A DNA stretch of 63,676 nt, filler included. It is 5 parts of 5 records of this genome, joined end to end, with 100 filler letters (N's around TTAATTAATTAA, not from the genome) between each part and the next. Parts side by side here need not be neighbours in the genome. Positions count along the whole stretch, not along the records: positions 24,431 to 32,753 come from DRR378314_1894; positions 32,854 to 46,241 come from DRR378314_1907; 3 more parts are not named here. One strand, 5' to 3'. A program made the translations under genes and the position numbers. Positions 24,608 to 36,931 of the stretch are shown piece after piece (position 1 is the first letter of the stretch; each line of letters begins with the position of its first letter). The notes beneath the pieces are model-generated. The model searched no databases and was not told where the DNA came from. It saw only the letters and a list, made by a program, of their open reading frames with translations.

Positions 24608-27600
24608 ATGGCGTCATTCACTCTGAAGGAGGTGGTTGCAATTTTCGGACTACAATGGTCCATACGAGAACATAGAGCATGGGCGGAGTCGTTTCTTGTT
24701 GCACTGCGGAGCGCGCTTGGAATTCGGCAGGGTTCAGCAAGGTAAGGCTTGCGCGCACCAAGCGCGCCGGAGCGCCTGTTCGTGTTCGAGAAAGTGGTCC
24801 GGGGAAACACGGACACTTCTGCGCTCCTTTACCCACTCCCGTCTCCCTCATTGCTTTCTATGTGAATATTGATGGACCGGCACTGCGATGCAGGGGTAGC
24901 GATGGAGCTGCGAGTGGAGAGGCTACGGTGCTGGAGGCGCTCGAGTGTCCAAGCGAAGAAGCGCTGCTCGCTCGCTGCTGCTCTGTGGCTCTGGCTGCTC
25001 TTCGGCGCGTCGCTGGCGAGCGAACGGGCGAAGATTTCCGCTCTTTCGTGTGCGAATATGACCTTGTCGTGCTAGATTCATCGATTTCACAAATTTCTAT
25101 TTTGAGCAATGCCTTGTTCATCGGCCACATGCAAAGCGACGGCCATGGGCGCCTCGTCGCTCGTGACGCGCACGGAACAGCGCCGTGGGTGGTCCCGCGC
25201 CCGCCTCTGTCGCTGCACGGCGCCCTAGTATGCGCTGCCGACGTTCGCGTCGTCGGCGGCCATCTGGAGAGTGTACGCGAAAATCTGCACAGAGTGTGGC
25301 CGGAGCAGCCCGTAGCTGTGAGCGTACCGCCTCCGCTGTACGAAGTGGATGAACTTCCTGCGGTATTCGATCGGCTGGCTCCTGCTGGGGATCGTGCGCC
25401 GCACAACGCGCACACTGCGACACTCGCGCTGACGGGAGTCGTTACCGCGGTGTCAGCGATGGTCCGGACGCCATCTTCCCGCGGCGGGACGCGCCGGGTG
25501 TACTTTGTTGAGATATCTAGCGCTCCACTCGCGACTGTACCATATTCACCATCGTGTGATGAGACAATGGCGCGCAGGGAAACCACTGGCTGCGGCGACG
25601 AAAGTGACGGCAGCGGCAACTCGGAAGCGGTAGTATCGCACATCGTTTGTCACGCCGAGCAGTGTCCCGCGTGGTTCCCGTTTCTGCACATCAACGAGCG
25701 CTATGTGTTTACCGGTCTCCGTCTCTCGTACTCCGCTGTCCTGAAGCGAAGCATTCTTGCAACGTCATCCCACTCGCGCTGCTCGCTCGCGTGCTACGCA
25801 ACGAGCGCAGGCGCTGGCAAGCAGACTTCGCCGCAGAAGCGGCGGCGGCGCGCCGCGCACTCGGGCAGCTCGCCGCGCAGTCCGGACCAGGGATCCTCGA
25901 GATCGAGCGCGGAAGACGAGCGCTGCGCCGGTCAAGCGCGTTGTGGTCCAGAGTCTTCGACTGCAGCGCAGTGCGGAAGTACGAGCTCGGCGGCGGCGGA
26001 ATGGGACGACGACGACGACGCTCCGCAGGTCCCAGAGCCGATCGGGTACACGGGAACAGTGACAAGAACGCTGAACCGCTGGATGGTGGAGGTCGACGGC
26101 GACATTCCCGTCCTGCTCGCGCACCTCGGTGGCGAGCATCAGCTGCTGGGTCTGCGCCCTGGTGCGCGCGCGTTCTTCCACCACGTGCGCGTAGTGCGCG
26201 CAGGCGCGGATTCCATCGCGCTCGCTGCCACGGCGTACTCGCGCGTAGACATCGTAGAACTCGCGCAAGGGAGCGACGGAAGGCAGTCAGACCACGCAGT
26301 GGAGTCCACTCTGAAGCGCCTGGTGCAAACCCGCACAGCGGCGGAGATCATGTGGATATACGACGCTGCGCAGAGACTGTATGACGCTGTGGCGCCTGCG
26401 TGTGGTATGGGCGCTCTGTTGGACGCTGTGGAATCGGTGCTGCCGGGTCGAGCGCGGCCCCGCGACGTATACGTCGAGTTTCTCGCGCCGCGTCGCTGCC
26501 CCGCGTCCCAGCCGCTACCGAGCATTCCGACACCCCCGTTGGCACCTACACACGTTGCCACAGCATTCTCTGCTGGAAATGACATCGGGGACGCTCCGAC
26601 GATCGGGATTCTCCGCTCTTCCAGCGGAGGAGTGCTACAGATCGCAGACGCACAGCGCGCTATCCCAGTCAAGGTAGCGCCGGTTTCCGAGAGGTTTATG
26701 GCGTTTCCGCTTGCCGAGCACGTTCGTTCTGTTGTTGTTGTGCGTCCGCGCTCCCTCCAATGGGACAGGGATGCAAGCTCGGCAGTCGTCGATGCTCCGG
26801 GACTGCGCTTCGTGGTGTCTTTACCGTCCCCGCCCGCTCCCGACGCGAGCGAGAGCGGAGAGCCGGGCAGTGCGGATCAGTCTGCTCGCGTGCGCGTGCT
26901 CCTCCGGGCCGTGCACGCGGCCGTTGCGTCCGAGACGTCCACGGCGGCGGCGGAGACCGAGCCGGAGTGCGATCCGGTGGTGCTGCAGTTTGCAGGGCAG
27001 GCGGCGCGTCTCACTCCTGTGCTGCACGATGGCGTGAGCATGCTCGTGCGCTTCGACCGGTCCGGCCTCGTTGCCAGTGCCAATGTGTCCACCGTGTGCG
27101 TGTATCGCGCGGACACGCTGGGAAACGTGTACGCGAGTGGCGCGGCCGAGTACGTGAGCGAGGCGGTGCGCGTGGGCGCTCTTGATGCGTCGTGGGTCAA
27201 CGTCGCGTTCGCATCGCCAGCGCGCATCCTTGCGCCTCTGTCAGCGCGGACTCAGCCCATCCCGCAAGATCTCGCTGTGCGGCTCCGGTTCGTGTCTATC
27301 GAGAGTCTCACGAGCTCTCTGGAGCATGTAACGAGAGAGAACCGCGAGTTCTCCGTGCGCGTTCTCCTGGATGAGCTGCCGGCGACGTGCGCCAACGGGC
27401 CCCGCGACACGACCTCGTGCCGCGCCACCGTAACGTGCGCGATGAGCGGGATCCGGCTCGCACTCTACGCCGACGCAGTGCATTTCCGCGGGAATTCGCT
27501 TGCGGTGGGGTCGCGATGCGCGCTGATAGGCGCACAGCTGCGGCAGAGTGGCGCCGGGAAACTGTATCTCCGGCTCTCGCCGGCCAGCCGGTTCCTGGTG

Positions 27601-28218
27601 CTCGCGGGCGGATCGCGCGCGGTCGACGCGCCGGCGGTCCCCGCGGACCTGGTCGACCTGCGGCGCGGCGACGCGCCCGACACGCAGCGCGCGCGCGGAA
27701 TCGTGCGCCTGCGCGTGGCGCCGCTGCGCGTGCTCAGCGTTGTGCACGGCGGGGACCTTGATCGCACGGAGGCGGCGGTTGCGGTGGACGACGGGACCGG
27801 CGAGGCCGTCGCGCGCGCGTCGTCCGCGGACACGTGCGGCGCGCTGCTCGGCGCCGTCGCGTGGCGCCTCGTCGCGTCCGCGGCGCGCGCGTACGGCGCG
27901 GTCGAGTACTCGCACGGCGACGGCGCGCGCGTCGCCGGCGCGTGCGCGCCGCGGGACGGCGAGGAGGGGTCGCCGGTGCAGGTGCTGGCGCGCGAGATTG
28001 GCGCGGCCCTGCGCTCCGCGGCGGTCGCGCGGCCGGTCGTGCTCGAGGGAGCGGCGTCGGTGGCGCCGCGCGCCGGGTCGCGCGCGCTGCGCGTGCACGG
28101 GCACGAGCACGCGCTGGCGGCGGGGCCGCGGATCTCGATCGCGGTGCGCGCGGCGCGCGACGTGGACCCGCTCATCGCTGCGCGCGAGCTGCTGCACGCG
28201 TGGGATCAGCAGCCGTGA
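24608..28218 (+). CDS. CTC1: CTC1-like protein (large OB-fold subunit of the telomeric CST complex), about 1152 aa, 2 exons
   Basis: Exon 24608-24741 (AG|GTAAG) joins 24894-28218 in phase. Motifs colinear with CTC1 as I recall it: AWFPFLHINERYVFTGLR, GYTGTVTRTLNRWMVEVDG..VLLAH...LRPGARAFFHHVRVV, RPRDVYVEFLAPRRCP and C-terminal AVDDGTGEAVA...GALLG. Confidence 0.75.
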
Positions 28219-28608
28219 GTCGCGATCGCGACGCAGCGCGCTACCGTGCTTCGCAATGCAATACACCCGAGCGGGCGTCGGCTACGTGCTGTTTTTATGT
28301 ATTTCCACAGATGCTGCCCCTACGAGCAGCAGCAGGCGCGCACCCCGCGCGGCAGCAGCGTATACAGCCGCAGCCGCGACTCGCGCGCCCTCACTATGAC
28401 AAGCAACCCCACCCGACCTTTCGGGCGTCGAACAGAAGCGCATGGTGCTTTGCCTGCACGCATGCACGCACAAAGGCCCCCCTGTGCCAAACGCATCGAG
28501 CGCGAGGCGCACCGCGCACCGCAAGCAGGCACGGGGATGCCCCTCGAAATCAGCAAGAATCATTTCCTTTCCCCGCTCTCTTCTTGCCTATGAGAGAGCA
28601 CCAAGCTC

Positions 28609-31472
28609 TTACATGTCGAGCTTCTTCGGCTGCTCCCACGGGAAGCCAGCGCGGCCGAAGTGGCCGTACGCAGCCGTGTCGTAGTACATCGGCTTCTTGA
28701 GACTGAGCTCGTTGATGATGGCGTACGGGCGCATGTCGAAGTTCTTCTTGATGATGGCAAGGAGTTCCTCGTCGGAGCGCGTGCCGGTTCCGTACGTGTC
28801 GACGTGCACAGAGAGCGGCTCAGTAACGCCGATCGCGTACGAAAGCTGGACGAGCACGCGCTTCGCGAGCCCTCCGGCTACGAGCGACTTGGCGACCCAG
28901 CGCGCCATGTATGCCGCCGAGCGATCGACCTTGGTGTAGTCCTTGCCGGAGAAGGCGCCGCCGCCGTGTGCACCCCAGCCACCGTAGGTATCGACAATAA
29001 TCTTACGGCCGGTGAGACCGGCATCGCCTTGCGGTCCGCCAATGACGAAGCGACCGGACGGATTCAGGTGGTACACCACGTTGTCGTCGAGGTACTTGGC
29101 GGGGACAACGGGCTTGATGACCTTTTCGAGCAGCTCCTTGCGGATCTCCTCGTTCGAGACGTTGTCGGAGTGCTGCGTCGAGATCAGAATCGTGTGGACG
29201 CGCAGAGGCTCCAGCGAACCATCCGCGTTCTGCTTGTAATCGACGGTGACCTGGGTCTTGCCATCCGGGCGCACCCAAGGAAGCTCGCCGGTCTTGCGCA
29301 CCTCCGTGAGGCGCTGTGCGAGTCGCGAGGACAGGAGGTGCGAGAGAGGCATGAGCTCTTCCGTCTCATCCGTCGCGTATCCGAACATGATACCCTGTGT
29401 TCATAGAGCATACAAGAAAAGGAAGTGGCACAAACGCATTCGTGGCTTCTCAGCGCGCGTGCAAGCAAGGCAAACGGACGGAGCACAGCGTGGCTTTGTC
29501 GCGGCGAACGCGCACTTGCTTACGGCAAAGTCAGCATTGCAGAGGTTGGAATCATTACATCCGTTCATGCGAAAGATGGTGTGTGTAAGGAATCATCATT
29601 CTTTGCCTTGGGTGAGCAAGTAACAGCAACAAAAAAAAGCAGCTGCGGTGGCAGTTGCATTGCCACAGCGTGCCGCCACGTGATCTCATGCAGGCGAGAC
29701 ACGAACCTGATCACCGGCGCCGAGGTCCTCGTCGGCCTTTGCCTCGTGGACGCCCTGCGCGATATCGGGACTCTGGATTTCGACTGCAACAAGAACAGAG
29801 CACGTCTTGTAGTCGAATCCCTACAATGGAGGCGCAGTGCGTATATCGATTTTCAAGACATGGTCAGACGTTGTTCGAGAACCCTTGCAGAATGAGGAGG
29901 AGGCGGGCGGTCGCGAAGCGCTCCGCGTGTGTCAGAGTTGCACGCGCGCAGCACCCTTGCATGCGCACTTCCACCTCTTGACGGATACGAGCATAGCGAA
30001 AGCAGCAAAAGAAAGAAGCAGTTGGAGACAGACGCGGTTCTTTACCTTGGCAGAATCATCGAAACCAATGTCCTTGACGGCGTCGCGGATGATCTGTTGG
30101 TAGTCAAGGTGCGCCTTGGTGGTAATCTCACCGAACACCATGACCATGCCGGTCTTTGTTGCCGTCTCTGCGGAAACATATTTGCGCGCACGCAAACCAC
30201 GTTACCACGGGCACAGAGAACAGTGAGCAATTGAAATCCGTTTCGGCGTAGCGAAAGCATACAGAAAGAACACGGTTCAACCCTGGTGCGTCGGCACGCG
30301 ATAGAAACAAGAAATCCACCGCTTGCGGTAGGCCACGCCAGCGCACATCTCTCGCAACACGAGAAACCACAGGCAGGTTTCTTCCATCATTCCGCGATAA
30401 ACCTCCAGTACAGTGAAGTGCTCCGCATTCTTAGGGAAGGGAGGCGTCAAGTGCACCGCTCTTCCTCAAGCACGCTGACAGCGGTACGCACAACAGACCA
30501 CGCGCACTTGCACGAAGACGAAGAGTGCGGCAACTGCGGGAGTTTGCGGCTCGGCTGCCACGTCACTCTCAAGTCCTCAACACGCAGCTGCATCGTGCTT
30601 TCTTCCGAATGGGCTCCGCGGGGCATTATTTCCGCAAAAAAAACCATAGCTACATGATAACAGCGTATCATCTTTTGCATTGCAAAGAAAATGGGGCGAT
30701 GGTGGTGGGTCCCACGACGCGGCACCTTGCATTCCTTCCGGAAGCAGTGCGCCGGAGTCAACGCTCCGGAGGGGGGTGCATCCTGTGAGCGGCGGCGGGG
30801 GGGCCCGCCTTGCCAGCAACCACCACACACCGGCCCCCCGGTGCGCCTGCCCGCTCCTCGCTCCCCGTGAAGGTACCGCGCGCGGACGACGCGCTGCTCG
30901 CGAGCCCCCGAAACCGCGCGCGGCAGGGCGGATAGAAAATGTGAAACACCAGCGTTTGACATACCACATGCAACCTTGGAGCTGGGATCCGCCTTGAGGC
31001 ACGCGTCAAGCACGGCGTCAGAGATCTTGTCGCACATCTTGTCTGCATGCAGTTCACGTCGCAGGCGAGCGCGATCACAGAGCCAAGCAACCTGTGTCGT
31101 GAGAAAGAGCGGCGACGCAAACGTGCTTCTGCTTCGCCTTGTTCACGCACAGAAATACACGTGTAACTCAAACGGATTGCACACACTTGCAGGGTTTGAA
31201 TGGCAAGCTTTCCAAAAGCCAGAGAGGCATACTGCGTTGGCCACCGCGCATGTTGACGCGACCCGTCGGTGTTGCGAACACGACACACAGGCACACACCG
31301 CGCAGTGCACTGCACACGTGTGCACCGAGGAACAGCCTTGCTCACACGCACGAGCAAGCGAACGTTCACTCCGCTCAAGTGCCGCAGCAACGTTCAAAAT
31401 GTGCGACGTACCCGGGTGACCCTCGGTCACAGACTCGGACGTGAAGAGGAAACGCTTCTCACCAGACGTCAT
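28609..31472 (-). CDS. metK: S-adenosylmethionine synthetase (canonical eukaryotic MAT), 386 aa, 5 exons
   Basis: Exons 31412-31472, 30965-31042, 30046-30167, 29707-29820 and 28609-29394 total 1161 nt with GT-AG introns. Motifs [34 protein letters not shown]. Confidence 0.98.
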
Positions 31473-31898
31473 GATGTCTCGATTTGAAGAAAGGAAAGGG
31501 AGGGAAGAGGGATGGGCAAATGAATGCGCGAGAGCTCGGGAGCTTCACGACAGACACACAAGAAAACAGCGGTACCAACAGGCGGCGCCACAGCAACGTG
31601 CGTGCGGGGCCGACCTGCGGACTATCGCTGGCTCTCGTGATCAATGCTGGAAATCAAATGAAGAGATTCTACTGTATGCAGACCTACTATTATTCGACCC
31701 TAGTAGCCTAACCGGTAGAAGAGCGGCTCCGCTCTCCGGCCCAAGGCCCTCCAGGTGGCGCGCACACGCGCCCCGGCCGTGCGGATGGCTGTCGGCCTAG
31801 TTACCTGGACCAGAGGATGGCTCTTGCAATAACGAGGAGACGTTGCACCATGCTCCCCGCGCACCACCTATGCTGGCGTGCAGTGCCCGCGCAGAAGA

Positions 31899-31923
31899 AA
31901 AATAAAATAAAATAAAATAAAAT
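31899..31923. repeat. (AAAAT)5 microsatellite
   Basis: Five perfect AAAAT units. Confidence 0.85.
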
Positions 31924-32087
31924 AATTTACAGCAAGCGTTGCACAGCACACCAGCCGCATGTATTGGCAATAACTTAGATGTGGACGACTCCGCCAGCGC
32001 TGTACTTTGACGCGGCGACAGAGGGAGCTGGGAAGCAAATGCGTAAGAAGCGTATTACGCATATCATCATCATGGTCTGCGTTGTGC

Positions 32088-32614
32088 TCATCCTTGCGAT
32101 GCTGATCGCAAAATCTCGGATACTTTGTCGAGTGGAAGGCCGTGCACCGTACGCCCTTTGTAACCAACCCTGCGCCACGTCAACGAGCAAGTTTCCGCAG
32201 CACCACAAGAGAAAAGGGTAATCAGGGAAAGAACTACTCTGATCGGATCTTGCGTGCTCTGAAATTTCATGTCGCCAGGAAAAACTATGATGAGAGAAGC
32301 CTCGAAGATGCAGAGAGAAGCGGCCAGGATGGAAATGAATGCGAGCAGGAGACAACGGCGCACACGAAGCTCGCAATGGAAGGGTCCCGGCCATCGATGC
32401 TGTCCCAACGCGGCGCGGAAACCACCACAGAATACAACCGATGGTGAGAAAAAGAAGAGTGGTCTCATTCGAAGACGTACATCGTCTGCGCTGCACATAG
32501 TGCATTGAGAATTGCCTCTTCGGTTGCGTCGGCAGTAGCGTGGAACAGCTGGTCCATGTGCGGTCCCTCCGGGAGAACAGCGGTCGGCAGCGGATCGGCG
32601 TCGCGCCCCAGCGG
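32088..32614 (-). CDS. DmpA/BapA-like peptidase (family S58/P1), 3' end (partial), 2 exons visible
   Basis: Exons 32481-32614 and 32088-32169 splice (AT|G) to ...HMDQLFHATADATEEAILNALCAAQTMVGYKGRTVHGLPLDKVSEILRSASQG*, matching the S58 C-terminal motif LF.A...ATEEAI.NAL..A.TM.G..G.....LP. Confidence 0.85.
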
Positions 32615-32753
32615 CTAGCACCGCGACACAGGAACGCGAGAACGGCAGCAGCACGTGTCACTCATGATTCCGCGAGGTAGCGGGGCGTTGTAGCCCTACT
32701 CTTCCTTGCGTCTTAGAATCTCGATATGGCGCTCGAAAACAGCCCGCACAAGG

Positions 32754-32853
32754 NNNNNNNNNNNNNNNNNNNNNNNNNNNNNNNNNNNNNNNNNNNNTTA
32801 ATTAATTAANNNNNNNNNNNNNNNNNNNNNNNNNNNNNNNNNNNNNNNNNNNN
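32754..32853. other. Artificial contig linker
   Basis: 44N + TTAATTAATTAA + 44N. Confidence 0.99.
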
Positions 32854-33305
32854 CCAGCACCAAACAAACAAGAAAAGCCCGACCTCCATCCCAGGAACTA
32901 AGCGCTGCTACAGCCACAAGGTTATCCATCGGTTCTAAGGAACCGGCAATAGCCAAGCAGTACAGGAGACCGCCTGCACCAGCGCACGGTGCATACGAGA
33001 GCTGCATTTCTGTAGGCAGCGCCGCGCGTGCAGGTTCCTCTCATCGAGATATACAATAGATTGATTATCGTGTTTAGTTCAGTCAAATGAGATCCAGCTT
33101 CAGCCTATGCGCGCGCGATGCCATGTAGACCCTACACTACAGAGCCGAGCGAAGCCGCTTCGTCCAACTCTCCGCCACGCAGCTTTTTCTCCCGACACGC
33201 TACAAGGCAGTGCGCGCGCGCGCGCGTGTGTGTTTCTTTGTTCGGGGACCGTGTATCTCGCACCAGAGAAAAACTGGCATTAGGTGCCAACACTGCTGTG
33301 CGGTG

Positions 33306-36300
33306 ATGTCGAGGTCGCGGCCGTATATTGCTGCAGCGCTTATGGTGTCACTCTTTGCGGCTTCGCACGTGCTGCGGCTTGCTCGCCAAGCTCAGGATTC
33401 TTCACACGTACGTGCTGCTGCGTCAGCGTAACGGCCAGCGCCCAGCCAACTCCGCCTCCCTGTTGTTGTCGCCTGTATTTTTTTTATTTCTAGCGCCACG
33501 ATTCTTTGATGCGCGTATTTATTGAAACATGAGTAGTATACAATTTGTACACAGAGTGATTTGGCCGTGATGTGGCTCGCTTGCGCCCCCAAACTAAAGC
33601 CTATGCGCGCGGCTGCAGCGGGCAAGCGTTGTTGCTGTGGTTTGTGTAGTTGCTGCACAGCACGGGCAGCTGTGTGGTCGCACGCGCGTCCTTGCGCCGC
33701 ACCTACGCCTGCTTACGTACAGGTTGGAAAGTATTGCTTGTACCCAATCGATAGTCCTCTCTGCGAAACTATCGACCACACTGAGAATGTGTCGCAATGC
33801 AGTTCGCTTGCGAGGCTGCGCAGCCGGTTTGCCCACCTGGCGCTCTATGGCTGCGCGTTGCCAGCGTCTGCGCAGCGGAAGGCGAGCCTCCTCAGCTGCG
33901 GCAGTGTGCACGTTGATATTCCGACCGCATGGCCCCTGGACGCGCCATTGCACTCGCTAGTGCTACAAGTCATTCCTCATTGATGTCGTTCGAGCTGTGA
34001 TTGATGGGTGAGGGAAGCGGAAGGAGGAGTATTTTGATTGCTTGCTGTGAAAGTTCTCGCGCACGTACCACGGCAAACGTTGCACTGCCGTTGTTGCACA
34101 AGAGAGCGCCGATGCGTCCGCGCGTGGGTTCCGCCTAAGAATACCTGCACTGCATGAAATGTCCCGCGCATGTAGACTTCTTCGTTGGATGCACCAGCTG
34201 CAAGGCATCCGAAGAGCGTTCGATCGGGTCGACATCAGGACGTCGCCCGCAAATCTGTGGGCGAGGGAAAGCCGTTAGACGACTTTCCTGCCACGCTGAC
34301 AAACTTTTACAAAGGACAGTGGAAGCTGTCCCCAGAACCAATGGACGAGAAGTCTGTCGGGTGCGTTTTGTTGGGAGTCTGCCCACGGCGCGACTCTCGC
34401 AGCGCGATTCTCTTGATCGCTCACTGGAAAATGTCTTGCCAGTCACGTAGATCGGTATTGCTTGGTATTTCGTGCGCCAATGTGCTGTGAAACGTCGGAG
34501 CAGACCGCAGGAAGCGATTCGGGAAGTACTGGACAGCGACGGCTCCGGCTCGGTGGAGCTTGGACTCCAGAACGGGAAAGGAAGTGCGTTCCTCAGAGTG
34601 CGCAGCTACGCAATCCCTGAAGATCGATTGGCGGAATTCGGAGGCCTATCATGGATGCGGCTGCTACTTGTACGTTGGCATGGGACGCGCTGTCGCGCGG
34701 TGCCCGTCTCGCGCTGCAACGATACGACTTCCGTCCTGTGGCAAGCGAGTAGGGCGGCTGCCCAAGCAGCGCTAGCAGTTTGCGGTGGCTACTATGCACA
34801 TGCACCGTGCAGCGCATGTAATCCAGGTATTTGTATTTTGCAAGAGCCCTCGCTTACAGCGTGTCGAACGGAAGTTTCTTTTTCCCAGCTAGGGTGCTGT
34901 CAGACGCTGCAGTGGATCGCGCAGTGACTCCTTTCTCCCATGACTTCACCATGCCCTCTTGGCTTGTGCAGGGGCATTTGGTTCTGCGCGACGGCACGTA
35001 CGGTTACGCAAGTGCGGACTTGCATATTCCACTTGTCGGAATCCATGTATGGCATCGAGGTGTCGCATATATGTGGGATACGAAACAACGCGATCACCAT
35101 CGCTTTCTCGAGCAGCATCTGGAGGACATAAGCTCGACCTCGGCCGCAAACGCAACACTCTTAGCGGAGCGAATTCTTGACCATCTGGAGGCCACGCCGC
35201 AGGAACTCATTTCAGATATTGCGCAGCGCTCTTTGGACTCCTTTGGCTCATCCTACGTGGTTCCTTGTGACAGCGCGAACGCAGTAGTCGAGGTGCTACC
35301 GCTGCGCATGGCGCCGGAGACTAAAATCGCTGCCGGTGCAGCGCGAGAGCGGTTCTCGAAAATTGTCGAGCTCCGCGGGATCGTCAGGTTCCCCGCATGC
35401 ATGGCGCGGTTGGACTTGCGATTCCGGTCATTTGCGTACGAAGACTACTATTCCAAGGCCATTCACTACGTTCTCGTTAGCGTCATGGCTGCGTTCGCGC
35501 AGATCCTGCTTACGATGCGCCTTATGGAGGACGCTAGTGCCCAAGGGAGTGCTTTCCGACTGTCTCCCCTCGCGGTTGCCATGCAAGCATTGTGCGATGC
35601 CTACCTAGGCATCCTACACATTATTACCGCCATCAGTATTGAAGCAATGTTCAATGCGTTTGCTGCCGCGGCGTTCTTCGAGATCGCGCTTTGTGGCGTG
35701 TTCGAGATGCATCTGCTGGTAACGGCGTTCCGAGCTCGAGCTGCCGCTGCCAGCCATACAACGGGAGAACCGCTCCCTCCTCTGCAGCGCCATGCGGGTT
35801 TGATGTACTCTCGATTCTATTTTGCAATTGTTGTTGGATTGATCATATTATGGCAGACAGGTGCCGCGATTCAGCCACTTGTGTTTGTGCTCTACAGTTT
35901 CTGGGTGCCGCAGATCGTACAGTCCGCCGTCGACGGGCGTCGCCCGGCTCTCTCCGAAAAGTATGTGTGGGGAATGACCGCCACGCGACTGTTCTTCCCT
36001 GTATACATATACGGATGTCCTGTAAATTTCTTCGGAGTACGGCCGTCGGCTACCTTTGTGCTACTCCTGACGACATATCAGATTGGCCAGGCTGCAATTG
36101 TCACTGCGCAGCGCCGGCGTGGTGCACGATGGTTTCTGCCACAATCCTTCCATCCGCCGATGTACGATTATAGCCGAGTTTCCGAGGGGCCAGCTGCCGG
36201 GCAGGGCGAGGAAGAAGAGTGCGTGATTTGTATGAATACCATTGAAAGCTCGGAGCAGCGCGCTTTGACTCCGTGCAATCATGTCTACCATCGCGAGGTT

Positions 36301-36931
36301 CGTTGGTATTCCTATCTGTTGTTGTTGCTTTATTTTCTTTTTTATTTTCATGGTGTTGTGCTGTGGGAAGCGCCGGGCAGATGTATTCTTATTCTACTTT
36401 TTGCACAGCCCTTGGAATGCCTTTTCGCGTCTGTAGCACGAGCTCTTGGCGCGAGTAGCAGCGTTTCTTTGGAAAGGAGAGAAGACTGTACTTTGTATGT
36501 GCTTTTTTGTGTTGTTTCCGTTTGATCGGGGCAGCTTGTAACTGTCAGCGTATGAACAAAGAGAGGGTGTTTCGATCGCTGCGCATTCCAGTGCCAGCAC
36601 TACGCGTCGCGCTGCGCGTTGTCCTCACGAGGAGAGGGTGCAGTTTGACCACTCTCCACCACACTGTGAGGCTCGTGGGGCTCGCTTCCAGTTGCGCAAC
36701 AAGCACGCTGTATTTGCACTGCAATTGGGTTTGTCATTCTTGCAGTGCGACTTCGCGTGGCTCATCGGCGTGTGCGATGCTCTGCTGAACCGGCCCTCTG
36801 CGTATCCTTGGTGCGTGTTTCCGCAGTGCCTCCGACAGTGGCTCGATCAGAAAAACGAATGCCCGACGTGTAGGCAGGCACCGCTGCCGCCGCTCGAACC
36901 CGATAGCGATTCAGATATGGATTTGGTGTAA
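33306..36931 (+). CDS. Transmembrane RING-H2 E3 ubiquitin ligase, Tul1/Dsc1/FLY1-like, multi-exon
   Basis: Signal-peptide-like start MSRSRPYIAAALMVSLFAASH. The large exon 34972-36297 has multiple TM segments with QALCDAYL, FEM, YSRFY, YSFWVPQI and TRLFFPVYIYGCP. The RING CVICM..TPCNHVYHRE joins last exon 36827-36931 CLRQWLDQKNECPTCR..LPPL. Confidence 0.92.

Noticed and set aside
17511..28218. Apparent telomere-gene cluster (TRF-like Myb next to CTC1)
   Set aside because: The two genes lie on different contigs separated by an artificial linker, so their adjacency is meaningless.
6921..28555. Identical peptide GMPLEIS in two unrelated ORFs (near 6921 and 28533)
   Set aside because: The nucleotides differ, both ORFs are probably non-coding, and a 7-aa match is expected by chance among this many translations.
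27241..28700. Long overlapping/antisense ORFs over the CTC1 3' end
   Set aside because: Explained by about 80% GC and stop-codon scarcity; the translations are low-complexity.
32854..33007. Minus-strand ORF running into the contig edge (MQLSYAPCAG...)
   Set aside because: Could be a divergent gene start, but it has no recognisable motif and is too short to support.
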